DNA from: Batkoa obscura
Taxonomy: Eukaryota
Length of the DNA: 64,000 bases
Reading direction: 5' to 3'
Assembly: GCA_030770535.1 (NCBI GenBank)
Contig: JASVEC010000002.1
Location: 1,178,001 to 1,242,000 of the forward strand
Made by a program: the position numbers and the translations under genes. Positions 1-14,008 of the stretch are shown here, piece after piece. The notes beneath the pieces are model-generated. The model did no database searches. It was not told the origin of the DNA and saw only the letters and a program-made list of their open reading frames with translations. The stretch's first letter is position 1, and the number at the start of each line of letters is the position of its first letter.

Positions 1-449
1 TAAAAGCTAAGTAATAGTAAAATAATATTTGTAAGTTTTATTTTTAGTTTAAATTGTATAAAAAGTGGACAAAAATATTAATGAAAAGAATATTTCTGTC
101 AATTATAATTTTTTTTATAAGACACTTTCGATCCTTGTTTATTAGTTTATAGTAATTTTGTAGAGTTTACCTTTTGTTCTTTTTAAATACCATTTCGAAC
201 CCCAATGTAATGCGTTTATACTATAAATGGTTCTTATAAGAAAGATGTTTAAATATCAGATCTTTAAATACCAGATCTTTAATAGTAATAATTTTAATAT
301 TTATAAATAACTATGTTAAATTTATTTTTGAATCTTCTAAATACTAAATACTTAGTTAAACCTAACGTTCGTCTATTGAAATTTAATTACAAATATACTA
401 GAATACCTAATATTAAAAAATTCCAGAGATTATAAATGTTTCAATATAT

Positions 450-511
450 GGGATTGTTTTTTAAATGCAATTTGAGGAGAAAAATTATTAAACTATTGAA
501 AAAACATCCCC
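450..511 (-). mobile_element. MITE family A copy, internally deleted
   Basis: GGGATTGTTTTTT..AAAAAACATCCCC, flanks ATAT/ATAT. Confidence 0.7.
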
Positions 512-859
512 ATATATTAAAAATTACAGATAAACCTCTATACTGTTAGCCAATTTTGAATTCATTTTTTTGATTTTTTCCTTATAAATTTTTTAGTCTT
601 AGACTTTCATTTTCAAAATTAATAATACTTCTATTATTTGTGTTTATAAAACAAAATTTTAAATACTTCATAGAATGCCTTATTACATTAGTCAAATATA
701 AAAATAGTAGCTTCAAAATAAATTTAACTAAGTTTAAAATACCCATTTCATTAAATATGGAATTTCGTATAGTGCTTAAGCTTTTGTTTAAAACCACTAT
801 TTTATTTATATTAATAATATAATTTTGAGTAGTTAAATAACATTCATACCTTAAAATTA

Positions 860-2295
860 CTAAAGGGGCCTTTGTACAACAGCAGAGTTCAACAAATTAG
901 CTTCACTTAAAGTAATATCGCTTTTTTCCAATTTTTTAGTAGGGAAAGTCGTTTGCAACGTAAAGGGTTGGGTGGAGTTTATAGAGCTAGAATGTTTTAG
1001 ATATTATTTAAAAACAATAAAAAGACTTACGCTTGTACATAGTTATAAAGATCAGAAAGTGTGTGACTGTGATTAAATTTCGCAACTAGTCTAAAAATAT
1101 GTAAAAAAGTAGAAGAGATAGATATGTACTTCAATTACCTTCTGCCATCACTTAAACGTATCTGGATGGAAGTTTGAGGTAAATTAGGGTTGATTTCATA
1201 GGTGTGAGATGCATCTTGAATTTGAGATTCATTCTCGATAATGTTATATGGCTTAGCACTTGGTACAATACTAAATCTAAATTAACATATATATCAAAAG
1301 TAGAATAGTATGATGATACCTCCCTAATCTGTTCCCAGATCCTTGGAATGGCTTTGCAGAAACAGATGGACCTTTATAGTCTTCATCCATATTTCTCTGG
1401 ACATGAAGATCAACTCTTTGACCAGGTTGAACTCCAAGTAAACTAATTGGTGCTCTTCTATACATTTATTTTAGTATTGATTTTAAAATTTCTGTAAAAT
1501 TACCCTTCATTAACTCCACGTAAAAACTCTTGACCTTCGGGTGAAGTATAGCTTATTAATGGGCCGTCTTCTAATGCAAGGCCATTTCTCCATAATGTAA
1601 GTTTCTTGACAACCTGAAAATTTTAATCGATTCAAACCTTTGAGATATTTTTTTACCAACTCATTGTTTCTTTGAGGAGTACTTGGTTGTTGTGGAAAAG
1701 AACCTGGCAATGACAAATCTGGGTTTGAGCTAGAAGTAGCTTCATCACTTATTTTAAAGCCTGTGCCAGTAAAGATATTGGAAGGCTTTTTTTGTGAATT
1801 TTCCCCTTCTTCTTCCTCTTCATCAGATACAGGTTGATTGATTTTTGAAAATAGTCCATTTAAAAGTGAATTTACATTCTCAGGCATGTTAGGATATCTA
1901 ATTGCAGTTCCTGATTTTTCCCCTCCAGCAAAGAGATCTTGGCCACCTTCTTCTGGTAGATCTTCTCCTTTCAAATCGTCAAAAGTTTTAAATCTGCTAC
2001 TATTTTTATTGCTTTTTTGATTGTTTTCGTTTCTTGATGAACTAGGTTCGAGGCTTTTTAGATCTTGATGAACCTGTTCCGTTTTATTTTCAATTTGATC
2101 GAAATAGGTTTCAAGTGCCATCTATACATAAAAATATTATATTCATGTCTTAAAATAAGATGCTCTTACTTCAATATCCCAATTGGCTATCTCAAGATAT
2201 CTTTTCGCAGTTTCGGCATCGGCTCCTTCAATAGTTGAAACAAACTGTGAAATGATTTCGTTTTTATTGCCTTCAGTTAAATCATTATTATTCAT
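860..2295 (-). CDS. SHP1: p47/Shp1-like Cdc48 adaptor (UBA-like, SEP and UBX domains), 7 exons
   Basis: Hand-spliced: MNNNDLTEGNKNEIISQFV..AKRYLEIANWDIE (UBA-like); VKKLTLWRNGLALEDGPL..GRAPISLLGVQPGQRVDL (SEP); PFQGSGNRLG (SHP box); TSIQIRLSDGRRLVAKFNHSH..TTFPTKKL..ANLLNSAVVQRPL* (UBX). GT-AG introns. Confidence 0.93.
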
Positions 2296-3063
2296 TTTTA
2301 TGTTGTTTGTAAATAAAAAATAAAAGTTGAAATTTGCTAAAATTGAATGATTTGAAATATATTGGCTAAGCTTATCAGTATTACGTATTTAAATCTTGAT
2401 CAAAATTCAAAAAATAGTAAGCATTTCTAAGGTTTTTGGAACTTTTTAAACTTATCAATAGAATAAATATGCACATCTTTAATTCAGATAAATTTTTTTA
2501 ATCCAGATACATTTATCTCTGCTTATTATTTACCTCGATATCACTTCCTGATTTCAGTGCTTTTAGAATAAATTTAATTTAAGTGATTTTGCTATTAATA
2601 ATTAGATTAGATGATTTATGGCCATCAAATATAATATTTATTTTATTGTATTAATTAATTTTGAAAACTTTCATAGTATATAAGACCACTAGTGGCTTTT
2701 ATAATACTTTGATAGGCTAATGGTGTTTTTTGCAAATCAGTATACTTTTTATAGGATAGTTAATACTTTTATACAAACTTATTTTTTACATTAAAAAAGG
2801 AGAGTCAATCTTTTAAATATATATTTATTCTGTGAAGCTATTGTCATAAAAAAGGGATTTGTACAAATCTTCACAATAATAAAAACTAAAATAAAACTAT
2901 AATAAGCTATTTCATAAAAGTTTTTTATCTAAAATAAACTTTAAGTTTTATTTAGTTTGAGTTAATTTATAAAATAGTTTCTTTTTAAACAAGTTTAAGC
3001 TATTAAATATACAATTATTGTAGTTTAATTTTTTTAATATTTAAAAATATTTTTTTACTATAT

Positions 3064-3161
3064 GGGGATGTATTTTTTGGTTTAAGAATTTTACTAACAA
3101 TCTTTCCACTTAAACAGCGCTTAAAAGATAGAAAAGTGATAAAACTAAAAAAGACACTCTC
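3064..3161 (+). mobile_element. MITE family A copy
   Basis: GGGGATGT..CACTCTC, flanks ATAT/ATAT. Confidence 0.85.
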
Positions 3162-3286
3162 ATATTTTTATTTCTTTAGAATTTAATAAATATTATATAC
3201 TTTAATTATATTAGTTTTAATATAATAAAATATTTCTATAGCTTATAAAATATTAATCATATTTTTAAAAAATTAAAGTAGTATAT

Positions 3287-3385
3287 GGGAGTGTTTTTTT
3301 TGATTTCATTATTTTTTCCATTTTTCAAGTGCTATTTGAGTGGAAAATTTGTTAGTAAAATTTTTAAACACAAAAACACATCCCC
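3287..3385 (-). mobile_element. MITE family A copy
   Basis: GGGAGTGT..CATCCCC, flanks ATAT/ATAT. Confidence 0.88.
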
Positions 3386-4739
3386 ATATAGTATAACATT
3401 ATATTTTTAATCTAAAAGCAATTAATTATGCTTTAACCTTTTAAAAAATACTTTATTCAAGCAAAATTTTGAAACTTTAATTATATTGTTTTAATATACT
3501 GTTTGATCTGTAATTGCTATAGCAAAAAACAATAAATTTAAATATAATTATTATCAAAATAAAATAAAAGCTATAGTAATAAAAAAATTACAGATTATTT
3601 ATTTTTTTATCAATTTTTTAATTAAAAATGCATTTGTAACTATAGTTAAAAAAAATTATTTAAATTTAAATACACATTAGCAAATAGTAAATTATATTAA
3701 TAGAATTTAAGGGACCAAAACTTTTACACTTGTTGTATTATATAAAACTAATTAAAATTTTTAACTTTGTCATTATAAAATATGGTAAAATGAAAAGACA
3801 TAAATCTAGATTAAATGTTGTGAACTATAAAATTTTTAAAAGAGACTAGGAAAGGTTTATAACAACGTTAACTACAAAGATACAATCAATATTTTTAAAA
3901 GTATAGATTTAAGCTATCACTCTATTTTGGGTTTTCAAATCGAGATATTTATGTAATAAAGTTTAACTTTAACAAGAAAAATTATTCCCAATAAAATAAC
4001 TTGTACTCTGTAAAAATATTTATAAAAGTACCTACAGAATACTTTTACTCCAGATTAAAAATACAATGTTATTTTAGATTGCTGTAAGCTGAAACAGTTT
4101 ACTCAAAACCTTCTTATCTTAAATTAAGTTTGACTTAAAATATGGATGTTTGCCAACTTTTTTAAAATGGACCATAACAAAAAACTCCGTTTCAAAAAAC
4201 TATAGCCCATTTTTACTTAAAATCTTAATAATTATTTTAGAATTTTCTGGTTGTAATATATTCTTTAACATATTCATTTAAAATTCAGAGACGAACCGGT
4301 GGTAATATGACTATGCTTTAATCCTATTAGCGAAGCAAATAGCAATAGAAGTTTTAAAGTGAAATGTTGACTTTATATTATCCCATATAATTAAAATTTA
4401 AAGTCATATAAAATTAAATTAGTTTAGTTTTAATTTAAATACCTTGGCTATTTAATTTATTTTTAGGAGTTTAAGCCTGGCTTGGGCATTAATTTTTGTT
4501 TACTTGATTTGCTTGAAAGACCAATGATTTCATACACCCGAGCGTCATAATTTCAATTATACTGGGCCAACAATGAGAAGAATTTCTAAAAATGTAAAAC
4601 ATTCAACTCTAAATAGATTTAGAGTTAACTCAATCATTAATAAATGCTGGACAAATTTAACTGATTTACTTTAATTTGCGGCAAAAAAATTCTATAAAAT
4701 AAGGTCACCAAGAAATTAAGTTTCTTTAACTTATTATTT

Positions 4740-6769
4740 ATGGATTATAAAGGTTACCCACAGCAAGGAGGACACGGTTCCGAGAACTATCCAAATCAAG
4801 GTTATCCTCCGAATCAAGGTTATCCTCCAAATCAAAACTACTCAAATCAAGGCTACGCTCCAAACCAGAATTATGGAGCGCCTCCACATCAATATGACAA
4901 CTATAACCAGGCACCACCTCAGCAGGGACACAATAATTATGGAGCGAATCCACAACAAGATTATAATAATTACTCTCAAAGCCAATACCCTCCACCACAA
5001 AACCCACCTCAATATGATACACCTAATTACAATTCCTCCCCAAATGTAAACACGGATAATAAATTCGAGGGGAAAAAATCTTTTAATGATGTCTGGGCTG
5101 CCATTTTATTTATCGTGCATTTAGCCGCATTTGTTGTATTAAGTGTATTTATGATTAGAGCCATCAATTTCGGATCTTTTAGAAACTCTAATGATGGCTT
5201 TGGCAATTACAACACTTTTATTGGACTTGGCTCTGCTGGTGTGGTATCAGGGGTCCTTGGACTGCTTTATGTATTTTTAATGCAATTGTAAGTTTGAAAA
5301 CATTATATTTTAGCTTATATTAATTCAATTACTTTAGTGCTGCAAGGATTTTGATTATAATTTCCTTTTGGTTTTCTGCTCTATTATATTTGGCAATCGG
5401 TGCATACTATATATATCTTAGAGTATATGTAGTTGGTGTTATCATGATGGTTTTTGCTGTAATATATGCCTTTTTGTGGTTCTCATGGCGCTCCCGTATC
5501 CCTTTTTCCACAATAATGCTTAAAAATGTTTCTTTATTTACAAGACATTATCCTGGAACTATTTTTATTAGTTTTATATTTTTAGTATTATCTATCGCCT
5601 ATACCATTTATTGGGCGTTTACAGTAATTTTTATGTGATTTTTTAAATACTCTTAATAATCTATTTAGCTTATGGGCGCAATTCAAGTATACTCTAAACA
5701 ATCATCCAACTGCACTACTAGAGTTGTAAATGGACGGACCGTTCAGGAATGTAAGACAAACCCAGCCCTTTATGCTATATACGTTTTTACTGCCTTTTCT
5801 CTGTATTGGACTACTCAGGTAGATAAATTTATTATTGAATTCAGCAAAATAATCTATTTTAGCTTTTGAAAGACATTACACATATGACCATTTCAGGGAC
5901 ATTTGCAGCCGATTACTTTTTCCCTTCATCAACATCTACAGCATCAAGATATACATCATTTGCTTCTTTAGGGAGAGCTCTTACTACTTCATTCGGTTCC
6001 GCTTGCTTTGGAAGTCTTTTAGTAGCAATAGTTAGACTTTTAAAAACTTTAGCTTCTCAATCACGTAATGGAAGTGACAACATGCTTTGCGCATTCATAG
6101 CATGTTGTGCTGAGTGTATCCTCGGTAAATATATTGATATATAATATCATCAAAATTATAATACTAACTTGATTTAGCTCAAATTGAAGCACTTTTAGAG
6201 TACTTTAATACATATGCTTACTGCTATTGTGCTATGTATGGGTTGCCTTATATTCCAGCTGGGAAAGTAAACTTTAATCATCATGTTATAGTAGCAACAA
6301 TTAACATTCTTATTTAGGCTACATGGAATTTGATTAAAGACCGAGGTGTAGAAGCAATTATAAATGATTCTTTAATCGGAAATGTGCTGGGATTAGGTAA
6401 ACTACTTCAGTCCAATGTTTTATAATCATATTGATTGTTTGTAGGCTCTGTTTTAATTTCTGTCATATCAGCCTTAGTTGCATATATCGTCACTTCGATA
6501 ACTCAACCCAATATGGATGGAGGAATTATAACAGCAGTGGTAATAATATCGTTTTTCATTGGTCTCTTAGTTTCCAGTGTCATCTTCCAAGTAATTGAGA
6601 GTGCTAACACTTCATTCTTTGTTTGTTTGGCAGAAGATCCTCAAGCACTTGCCTCATACAACCCTGAGTTATTCGAGAGTGTAAGTCATTTAATGTACTG
6701 TTATAAAGATCAATTATTAATTATTTATAGATTCGTCAAACATATCCCCAAGTTATAAACCCTGTTTAA
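4740..6769 (+). CDS. PNS1: PNS1/choline transporter-like (CTL/SLC44) membrane protein, multi-exon
   Basis: Q/P/Y/N-rich N-terminus; FNDVWAAILF, RSRIPFS, SFGSACFGSLLV, EYFNTYAY, AIINDSLIG and FVCLAEDP motifs; last exon IRQTYPQVINPV*. Confidence 0.9.
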
Positions 6770-7577
6770 AGCAATAATTTAATTTCAAATTAACTATATT
6801 CTTTAATAATAAACCAATTATATTTTTATTTTTTATTTTTTACAACGTTTAAAAACAATATGGCGAATGTAATATATTTAGTAAGACATTATAAACATAT
6901 TTAATTTTTTGAAAATATTTGAGATACAATTGAGGATTTAAATAAATTGATCTCTTAAACCATTTTTGCATTAAAATAGGGGGGATTTATGCCAAGTTAA
7001 ATTAGAAAAAGTTGAATTATTTGGTATAGAAGCTTAGCTTAGAATTGTCTAGATCTAAACCATGATTCTAATGTGTTATTTTCAACTTTTAAAAATAGCA
7101 ACACAATCCTTCTTATTTATTCTAATGGTGGTTTCCGCTTTAATTTCTTTCAAAAATTTGTTTTTCTTTCATTATACGAAAATTACACGATAATTATAGC
7201 TAAAATTCAAACCTATTGAATATAATAAAACATAAGAATAAAATATAATAATAAAATAAAATACAAATTATTGATATAAAAAACATTATAAAAATATCTG
7301 AACTTTAAAATAGTATTAATAATATAGCCTAAATTATGATCTTACTTTTCAATATTGTCAAAGTATAACTTGAAGGGTTTAGTAGTCATATTAGAGAAAT
7401 TCAATCATAGTTTTGATAATATTATCTAAAGTTCAATATTACTTTTTAAAAGAACTATCAAATAGAATAGCGTTTTTTGGAATCAACTACTAAAGGTTTT
7501 ATTAATATTTTAGCAAAAAAAATAGATTAAGTAACATATTCATTTACTACTGCTTATACAATATTTTTATATTTAAC

Positions 7578-7665
7578 TTATAATTTCAATATTATTTATT
7601 TATAATTTCAATATTATTTATTTATAATTTCAATATTATTTATTTATAATTTCAATATTATTTAT
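7578..7665. repeat. Minisatellite, 4 x 22 bp (TTATAATTTCAATATTATTTAT)
   Basis: Four perfect head-to-tail copies read directly. Confidence 0.95.
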
Positions 7666-8092
7666 AATAATAGGAGATATTTCATAATTAATAAATGAAG
7701 TTTGTAAGCTAAGTTACTTTTTGGTATACTGTTTGAATACACTTACTATGGAAAGTAACTTTAAATCAACATAATCAATTAAAATCCTTACACAAAAAAA
7801 TAAATCTCCTTAAAGTACGGGATTTCATTTTCATAGATTAAAAGTTACATGAGGATATTAAATATACTCCTTATAGATGCTAGATTATAAACAAATAAAT
7901 TAGCCTAAATACATCAGAATCGAAACTCGGAGCTTAGGCCCTGCTTAAGAGCTAACAAATATATTAAATTAAAATATTTAATATTCGCAAGTTTCTATAA
8001 ACATAACATTGATTAATTAACTACAATAAAATTAAAAAAATTATACTTGTCTTTAAAAAAACAATCTGTAAAGAATTGTTATTACACCACAT

Positions 8093-8189
8093 GGGGGGAT
8101 GTTTTTTTGATTTTGATTTTTTCCTTCTTTTAAACGTTGTTTGAGTAGAAATGTTGTTAGTAAAATTCTTAAACAAAAAATATATCCCC
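8093..8189 (-). mobile_element. MITE family A copy
   Basis: Flanks ACAT/ACAT. Confidence 0.85.
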
Positions 8190-9041
8190 ACATGTTTTAT
8201 TATTACATAGCTTTATGTTAAGTTTTATTATTATGAATCAATGCTACTAATAAATATGTTATTAAGACCCTACTATAATAAATACTACTTCATTATTGTT
8301 TGGCGCTTTTTCAATCTTACTTACGGCTTAAAGCATATATATTAAGTTTTAATAGCTTGTATTAATAAGAAAGCTTTATATCACAATTCCTAAAGTAAAG
8401 GCGATGATATATTAATTTTTTATTTTATTTCTAAAATTAAAAATTTTAATTTATAAAAAGAATGATGGGTCAATTGAAATTAAACGTAAGTATTAACCCA
8501 TACATTTTTATTTCTAATGTAGTATTGATACTTATCAAATTGTCTATCAAAAAAGCTAATAGTACGAATATAAACTTGTCCTGATTAATGCGGACGGTTC
8601 AGATTTTATATATTCAAGTTTATAATTGTTGAATAAAGGCTAAATTTATTTAGTGATTATTATTAAAATATTTAATACTACTATTTTATAATTGATTTTT
8701 CCTCACATTTGTTTATTCTCAAATAAGTAATATTCTCTAAAGTGGTCAACTGGGCCTGGATGGTTAGAATTTGGTTAAATGAAATTAGGCTGAATTTATT
8801 AACCAATTAAAAATAAATTTTATTGATTAAAAGAGGAAGGTATGATTTATTAGTTTACCTTTAATGTTTAATGCATGTTTTAATTTGAATCTTATAATTG
8901 AGTCTAGAATATATATAGTCAAAAGATTGACTTAAATTATTAATAAACGTTTGTAATTTCTTTCAACCTTTTTATTAATAATATAAACTACTTTTTGATT
9001 ACTTGTAATCAATTGTGATAAGCATTAAATTTAGCGTTAAA

Positions 9042-10403
9042 ATGAAAGGCGTAATTGATCAAGCCATCTTAAATTTAGAACCAAAAGTGGGGGATAATAT
9101 AGTAAGCTTTGATATCTCATATACGTGGGGTAAAGACCATATACTTCCAAGGGAATTGGAGCCTTTAAGGTCTATAGGTGATGATTTAGCGCAATCCTGT
9201 CTATCATATTTAAAATACGTCCCTAGCAATTCTTTAAGGATAAACAATGAGTTTCGTTTAAATAAGTTGAAAGAACTGGTTAAAGACGAGGAAACATGTC
9301 CTAAAGAAGTTCGTGAGCTATATAAAGAATTATATCATGTTCCAGAATGGGTAGACCAAGATCAAATCAAAAGAGGCCAAACATTATACTGGTCTTACTT
9401 CCCTCTTATTAAATTGATATTATTAAATTGTAGCTTAGTTGGTGGGTTTTCAGCAGAGAAAATAGTAGCCACGTTAAACTGTACAAATTATTTAAATAGC
9501 CCAACCAAAGCATACCCAAGGTTATTGGAAACTGCATTATTTGTAATGGATTGTATGTGCTTCGATGAACTCAAACCAGAAGGAAGGGGCTGGCTATCCG
9601 CCTTTAATGTTAGAATGATGCATGCTCAAGTAAGGCAACATGTTCTACGCTTACCAAAAGGCTTTTATGATAAAAAATTAAATGGTATACCTGCAAATCA
9701 AGAAGATTTATATTCAACGATACTTGTGTTTTCTTATGTAGTATTGATAAATTTAGAAAGGATGGGGATTAATTTATCAGATCAAGATAAAGAAGATTAT
9801 ATGGCATGCTGGAGATATATTGCTTATTTATTGGGAATAAAAGATGAAAATGGATACCTTGCTTCATTTAACAAAGGACGATGCTTAAGGGAAAGTATCG
9901 CGTTTCATTTGTATGAACCAAACCCTCCCCCATCCGAATCTGCATCTGCCATTGCAACTAATGTCCTTAAAGCTTGCTCATACCAACCCCCTTTCTTCCG
10001 TTCATATCATCATAATGTAGAATTAACCCGCTTTTTTATTGGTGACATTCGTTCAGATTATTTGAAATTACCGCATTCCCAGTTATATAAAATTTTAGTA
10101 CCTATTAAGGTGTTTGTGGCCACTCAAATTGTCAAATTTTTTGTATACATCAATCGTGATTGGGTTATGTCTAGCGCTAAAAGTGTAGGGTATAAAACAA
10201 TAGGAAAGATATTGGGCAAATTAAACCCAACCTACCAGTTTGAGATTCATCAAGAAACTAAACATAAGAAAGCGAATCGTAAGTCATCCGTTCCAGATTT
10301 TACAAGCTACTATTGGATTTTTATATTATTTTTATTTATTTTTACTCTATTTTTACGAAACAGTTTTAGCAATTGGAATAATTTGAAATTGATAAGTTTG
10401 TAA
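9042..10403 (+). CDS. MpaB'/latex-clearing-protein-like (DUF2236) ER-bound heme oxygenase, intronless
   Basis: GDDLA, VPEWVDQDQIKRGQ, RLLETALF, GWLSAFNVRMMHAQVR, GIPANQEDL, WRYIAYLLG motifs; C-terminal TM anchor; first ATG at 9042. Confidence 0.85.
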   Translation: MKGVIDQAILNLEPKVGDNIVSFDISYTWGKDHILPRELEPLRSIGDDLAQSCLSYLKYVPSNSLRINNEFRLNKLKELVKDEETCPKEVRELYKELYHVPEWVDQDQIKRGQTLYWSYFPLIKLILLNCSLVGGFSAEKIVATLNCTNYLNSPTKAYPRLLETALFVMDCMCFDELKPEGRGWLSAFNVRMMHAQVRQHVLRLPKGFYDKKLNGIPANQEDLYSTILVFSYVVLINLERMGINLSDQDKEDYMACWRYIAYLLGIKDENGYLASFNKGRCLRESIAFHLYEPNPPPSESASAIATNVLKACSYQPPFFRSYHHNVELTRFFIGDIRSDYLKLPHSQLYKILVPIKVFVATQIVKFFVYINRDWVMSSAKSVGYKTIGKILGKLNPTYQFEIHQETKHKKANRKSSVPDFTSYYWIFILFLFIFTLFLRNSFSNWNNLKLISL

Positions 10404-12292
10404 TTAAATAAATTATATTGTGCTGTTTTACATTTTAGTCGCTTTTAGGTTTAAACAAGTTTAATGCTTCAAACTAAAACTCTAATTAATTTTAGCCAAT
10501 TTTATTGAATTTTTTGGAGAACTTGGTCTTTGACCTTGTAAGATTGAAGACTCTTGATTACTTTAAACAAGTTGAGTTTTGGAGCAAATGCATCGTACAT
10601 CTACTCCTTTCAAATTTATAGTCTTCTCGCTTCCTTCATTTGAATTCTAGAAAATACACGGTAGAGTGTCTAAAGCTTTATGATGCTTTTAAATTCAAAA
10701 AAGAATCAATTATATCAAAGTTATCTTTGACTTATTTTAAACTAAGAGTAATTTGAATACATTTATCTTATATCCTTTAGTAAGCAATATAAGAAATTGT
10801 ACTCAAACATTAGCTACAACAAATAGATCTAAACTAGGCTTATGTATTCCAGATAAAATTTCCTAATAGATTTGGTAACTACTAGTTGATAAGATGAATA
10901 GATTAGAGCAGTTTACAGTTAGATGCCTTTTATTGTTTTTAATCTCTAGTTAAAGTTTTTTAATATGAGTCTAAAAAGTATATAAATTACAAAAATATTC
11001 AAAAGTTTACAATTATAGTTAATTTTACTATGTACAGATTCAAAATAATAAGTATATAATTGAAGAGATGTAAAAACAATTAGATTACACTATTGAAATA
11101 AAACTTTGAACAATTAAATTTTAAGCTTTCAACTTGTTATATCTCGACGTTATTAAACATAAATTTATAAATTATTTATTAATTTAATTATACTGAGAAT
11201 CTTTACAAGAATATTGCCGCTTAAAAATCCATGAATTGTTTTTATCTAGTGCTTATTAGTTCCTCACATATGGAAGGACCTAATATATTAATTATACTCA
11301 AATCAATATATTCAACTTGAACTGGGAAAAATAGAGGTTTAATATTAACCAAAGTAATCTTTGAAAAAAGTAACATTATTAATGACATTAATATCAATTA
11401 CTGCTATAGTAAAAAAGGATAATAGCTGTTTATAGAGTAATTTTAAACTACAGTTTGAGTATCATTATCATTTTTATTGTTTTTCGTACTGTAGCAAATA
11501 CTTTTATACTGAAAAGAGTTCAAAATCACATCAAGTAGTAAATAGTGCTATAAACGGTACTATTTTAATTTTGATTTATGTTTATGAGTATCGTAAAATC
11601 TAAACTCATGTTTATGTTTAAGTAATAATAATATACTGGGCATAGTAAATAGATATCGAGCTAGAAGTATTTTTTATTATACTAATTAAAACTGTTGCAA
11701 AAACACTAAATTATTTCAAAAAACTAGTTTAGTAAACTTGACTTTGATTTAATAAACTTGCGGTAGGGCTCCTATTTTAACTCAAAGTCTGCTTGACCTC
11801 CCTGGACCCCGATTCCTTATTATAAATTAAATGATGTCCTATATATTATATATTCGTTAAGCTATTTTAAAAGCTCCAAGTACTACTTTACCTTGTATAT
11901 CAATTTAAAAGTATCACACAATCTCTTTAGTTAAACAAATAAAACTGAAAGTGTTATTATTAAATACTATAGTACATACATTACTGTCCCATTGTTTATC
12001 AAAATTTATTATTAAATCTACAACACTTTTTACTTTTTCCATTTTTATACAACACAAAGTTAAGAAAAACTAAAACTATAAAACTATAATTGAACAAACA
12101 TTTACAGTATTCCATTTTAAATCTAATATTTATAGTTTCAATAATTATATCTGTATCTATAGCTTAGTAACATCTATAATACTTTTAATAACAACCTAAG
12201 CTTTTTTAAATTCAAGTTAAAAGTTAAAAATCAAAAATCAAAATAAAGGTTTATTGAATTTTGATATAACTTAATTATTAATAAAAACATCT

Positions 12293-12386
12293 GAGAATGA
12301 TTCTTTTTCATTACTTTTCCATTTTTAAAGCACTATTTAAGTGGAAAAGTTGCTAGTAAAATTTTTAAATAAAAAAATACATCCTT
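12293..12386 (-). mobile_element. MITE family A copy, degenerate ends
   Basis: Shared core AGCACTATTTAAGTGGAAAAGTTGCTAGTAAAATT. Confidence 0.75.
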
Positions 12387-13345
12387 ATATACTAAATTAC
12401 TTTATTAATATATAATGTCGTTATAAATTTTGTATTTTAGATTGATAATTGTTTGTTTTGCTAAAGTTATTTAATAAAATAACTTAAAAGAACAAATTAG
12501 CAAAATTTAAAACTACTATAATAAACCATTATAATAGGATTTAAAATAACGACTCAGATATATTGTAAGCTGTTTTATAACATATTTTTTACTTTTGATT
12601 CAATTTCTATTACATTTTCATTCAGTTTATTATTTTTTTGTATTATATAACTTAAACATGTCTTAAAAAAGCCCAAATTTTAATGTGATATATTATTAAG
12701 GGAAAATAAAATAAATCAATGTACTAAAAATAAAATAATAGATACGCTATATAAAAACCTTTTTAAATTTTATGGGATATAGAAATAGACACATGATGAA
12801 ATAAAAGCTGTTCCCATATATTTATTGATGGTTCTTAATAGTCTCTAAAAATATAAAGGGATTTTAGGATAATATGAGCTTTTTGAATAAATCGATAGTA
12901 TTATAATGCAGCTTTCTATTTAGTAACGTTTTTATAGTGTCATAAAATATACAATTAATAGATTTGAATTTTAAAATGATTTGACATTGTATTATTTAAC
13001 TTCAAAGTTGACAAACAAGTATAATAAGTTAATATAATATTTTAAATTGATTATTTAGTAATATTTTATAAAACAACATTAATTGAATATTAACTGAGTT
13101 TCCCCAGAGCGCAATTTTGGGATCATAGTTCTATCTTGTTCTTAAATTTATCCAATTATTCTCCTAATTGATTTGTCCAATAAGAATAGAGTTATAAAGA
13201 ATGTTCCACTTCAAATGCTTATAAATAACCAACCACATAACCCAAAAAGATAAATAAAGCATCATAATTGGATAGAGATATTAGTTCTAATATAATTTTC
13301 TAAATAGCTTATAATTTGTGAAATTTTTTGTTCCATTTACTAAAC

Positions 13346-14008
13346 ATGACCTTTAGAGCTTGCGACCAATGTCGAACACGCAGAGTCAAATGTGAAGCAT
13401 TTGAAGGAAGTTGTGGACCATGTACCAAAAGAAACCTTGTTTGCACTTTTAGAGATCCAATTCAGAAAAGAGGACCTAAATCAAGATTATCAGATACTAC
13501 TTCACCGAATAACTTTACTCAAGAAATGCAAAGCCCGAATTTAGATAGAGACCATAATAGTGAAAGTAGGAGAGGGGATATACATCGAAGTGAGGTTGAA
13601 AAACCAAGTGGCGTTGAAGAGAATCCTTATTTTATTGATGGAAAACTAACTAAGCTTGGTTTAGAAAAACAGCTAATAGATCATTTTATGAGTAGTCTTA
13701 ATCCAGTATTAGGGAGTCCAGTCAATGCTGTCAACTTAGAAAGGATAAGGTCAAACGATCCTAGTCCTTCTGAAACTTTCTTATTCTTTTGTGTTTGTAC
13801 TTGTGCTGCAATGTATTCAGATTTAGGAATGAGCAATTCAACCACATTGTACTATTATTCCCATGCTGCGCAATTGATACAAATAGCAGATTCACAAAGA
13901 GACGACACTTATTTCAAAGGGTTAGTTATATTAGATTACTTAAAGAGGTATCTATTTAACACTTTATTTGGGAACTCCAAACCGCGAATTCAAACTAATC
14001 AAAGGTAG
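13346..14008 (+). CDS. Short Zn(II)2Cys6 transcription factor
   Basis: ACDQCRTRRVKCEAFEGSCGPCTKRNLVC followed by KRGPK; ~100-aa C-terminal helical domain shared with the genes at 42756 and 48875. Confidence 0.92.
   Translation: MTFRACDQCRTRRVKCEAFEGSCGPCTKRNLVCTFRDPIQKRGPKSRLSDTTSPNNFTQEMQSPNLDRDHNSESRRGDIHRSEVEKPSGVEENPYFIDGKLTKLGLEKQLIDHFMSSLNPVLGSPVNAVNLERIRSNDPSPSETFLFFCVCTCAAMYSDLGMSNSTTLYYYSHAAQLIQIADSQRDDTYFKGLVILDYLKRYLFNTLFGNSKPRIQTNQR

Noticed and set aside
582..822. Short overlapping ORFs on both strands
   Set aside because: I/K/N/F-rich chance ORFs of AT-rich DNA with no motifs
4738..5022. Antisense ORF with a repeated EDNLD motif
   Set aside because: Shadow of the PNS1 NQGYPP repeats
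7578..7665. Regular repeats as a possible CRISPR array
   Set aside because: No spacers; simple minisatellite in eukaryotic DNA
10500..10660. Locally GC-richer, coding-like patch
   Set aside because: The minus-strand frames I translated are short or stopped and match nothing I recognise
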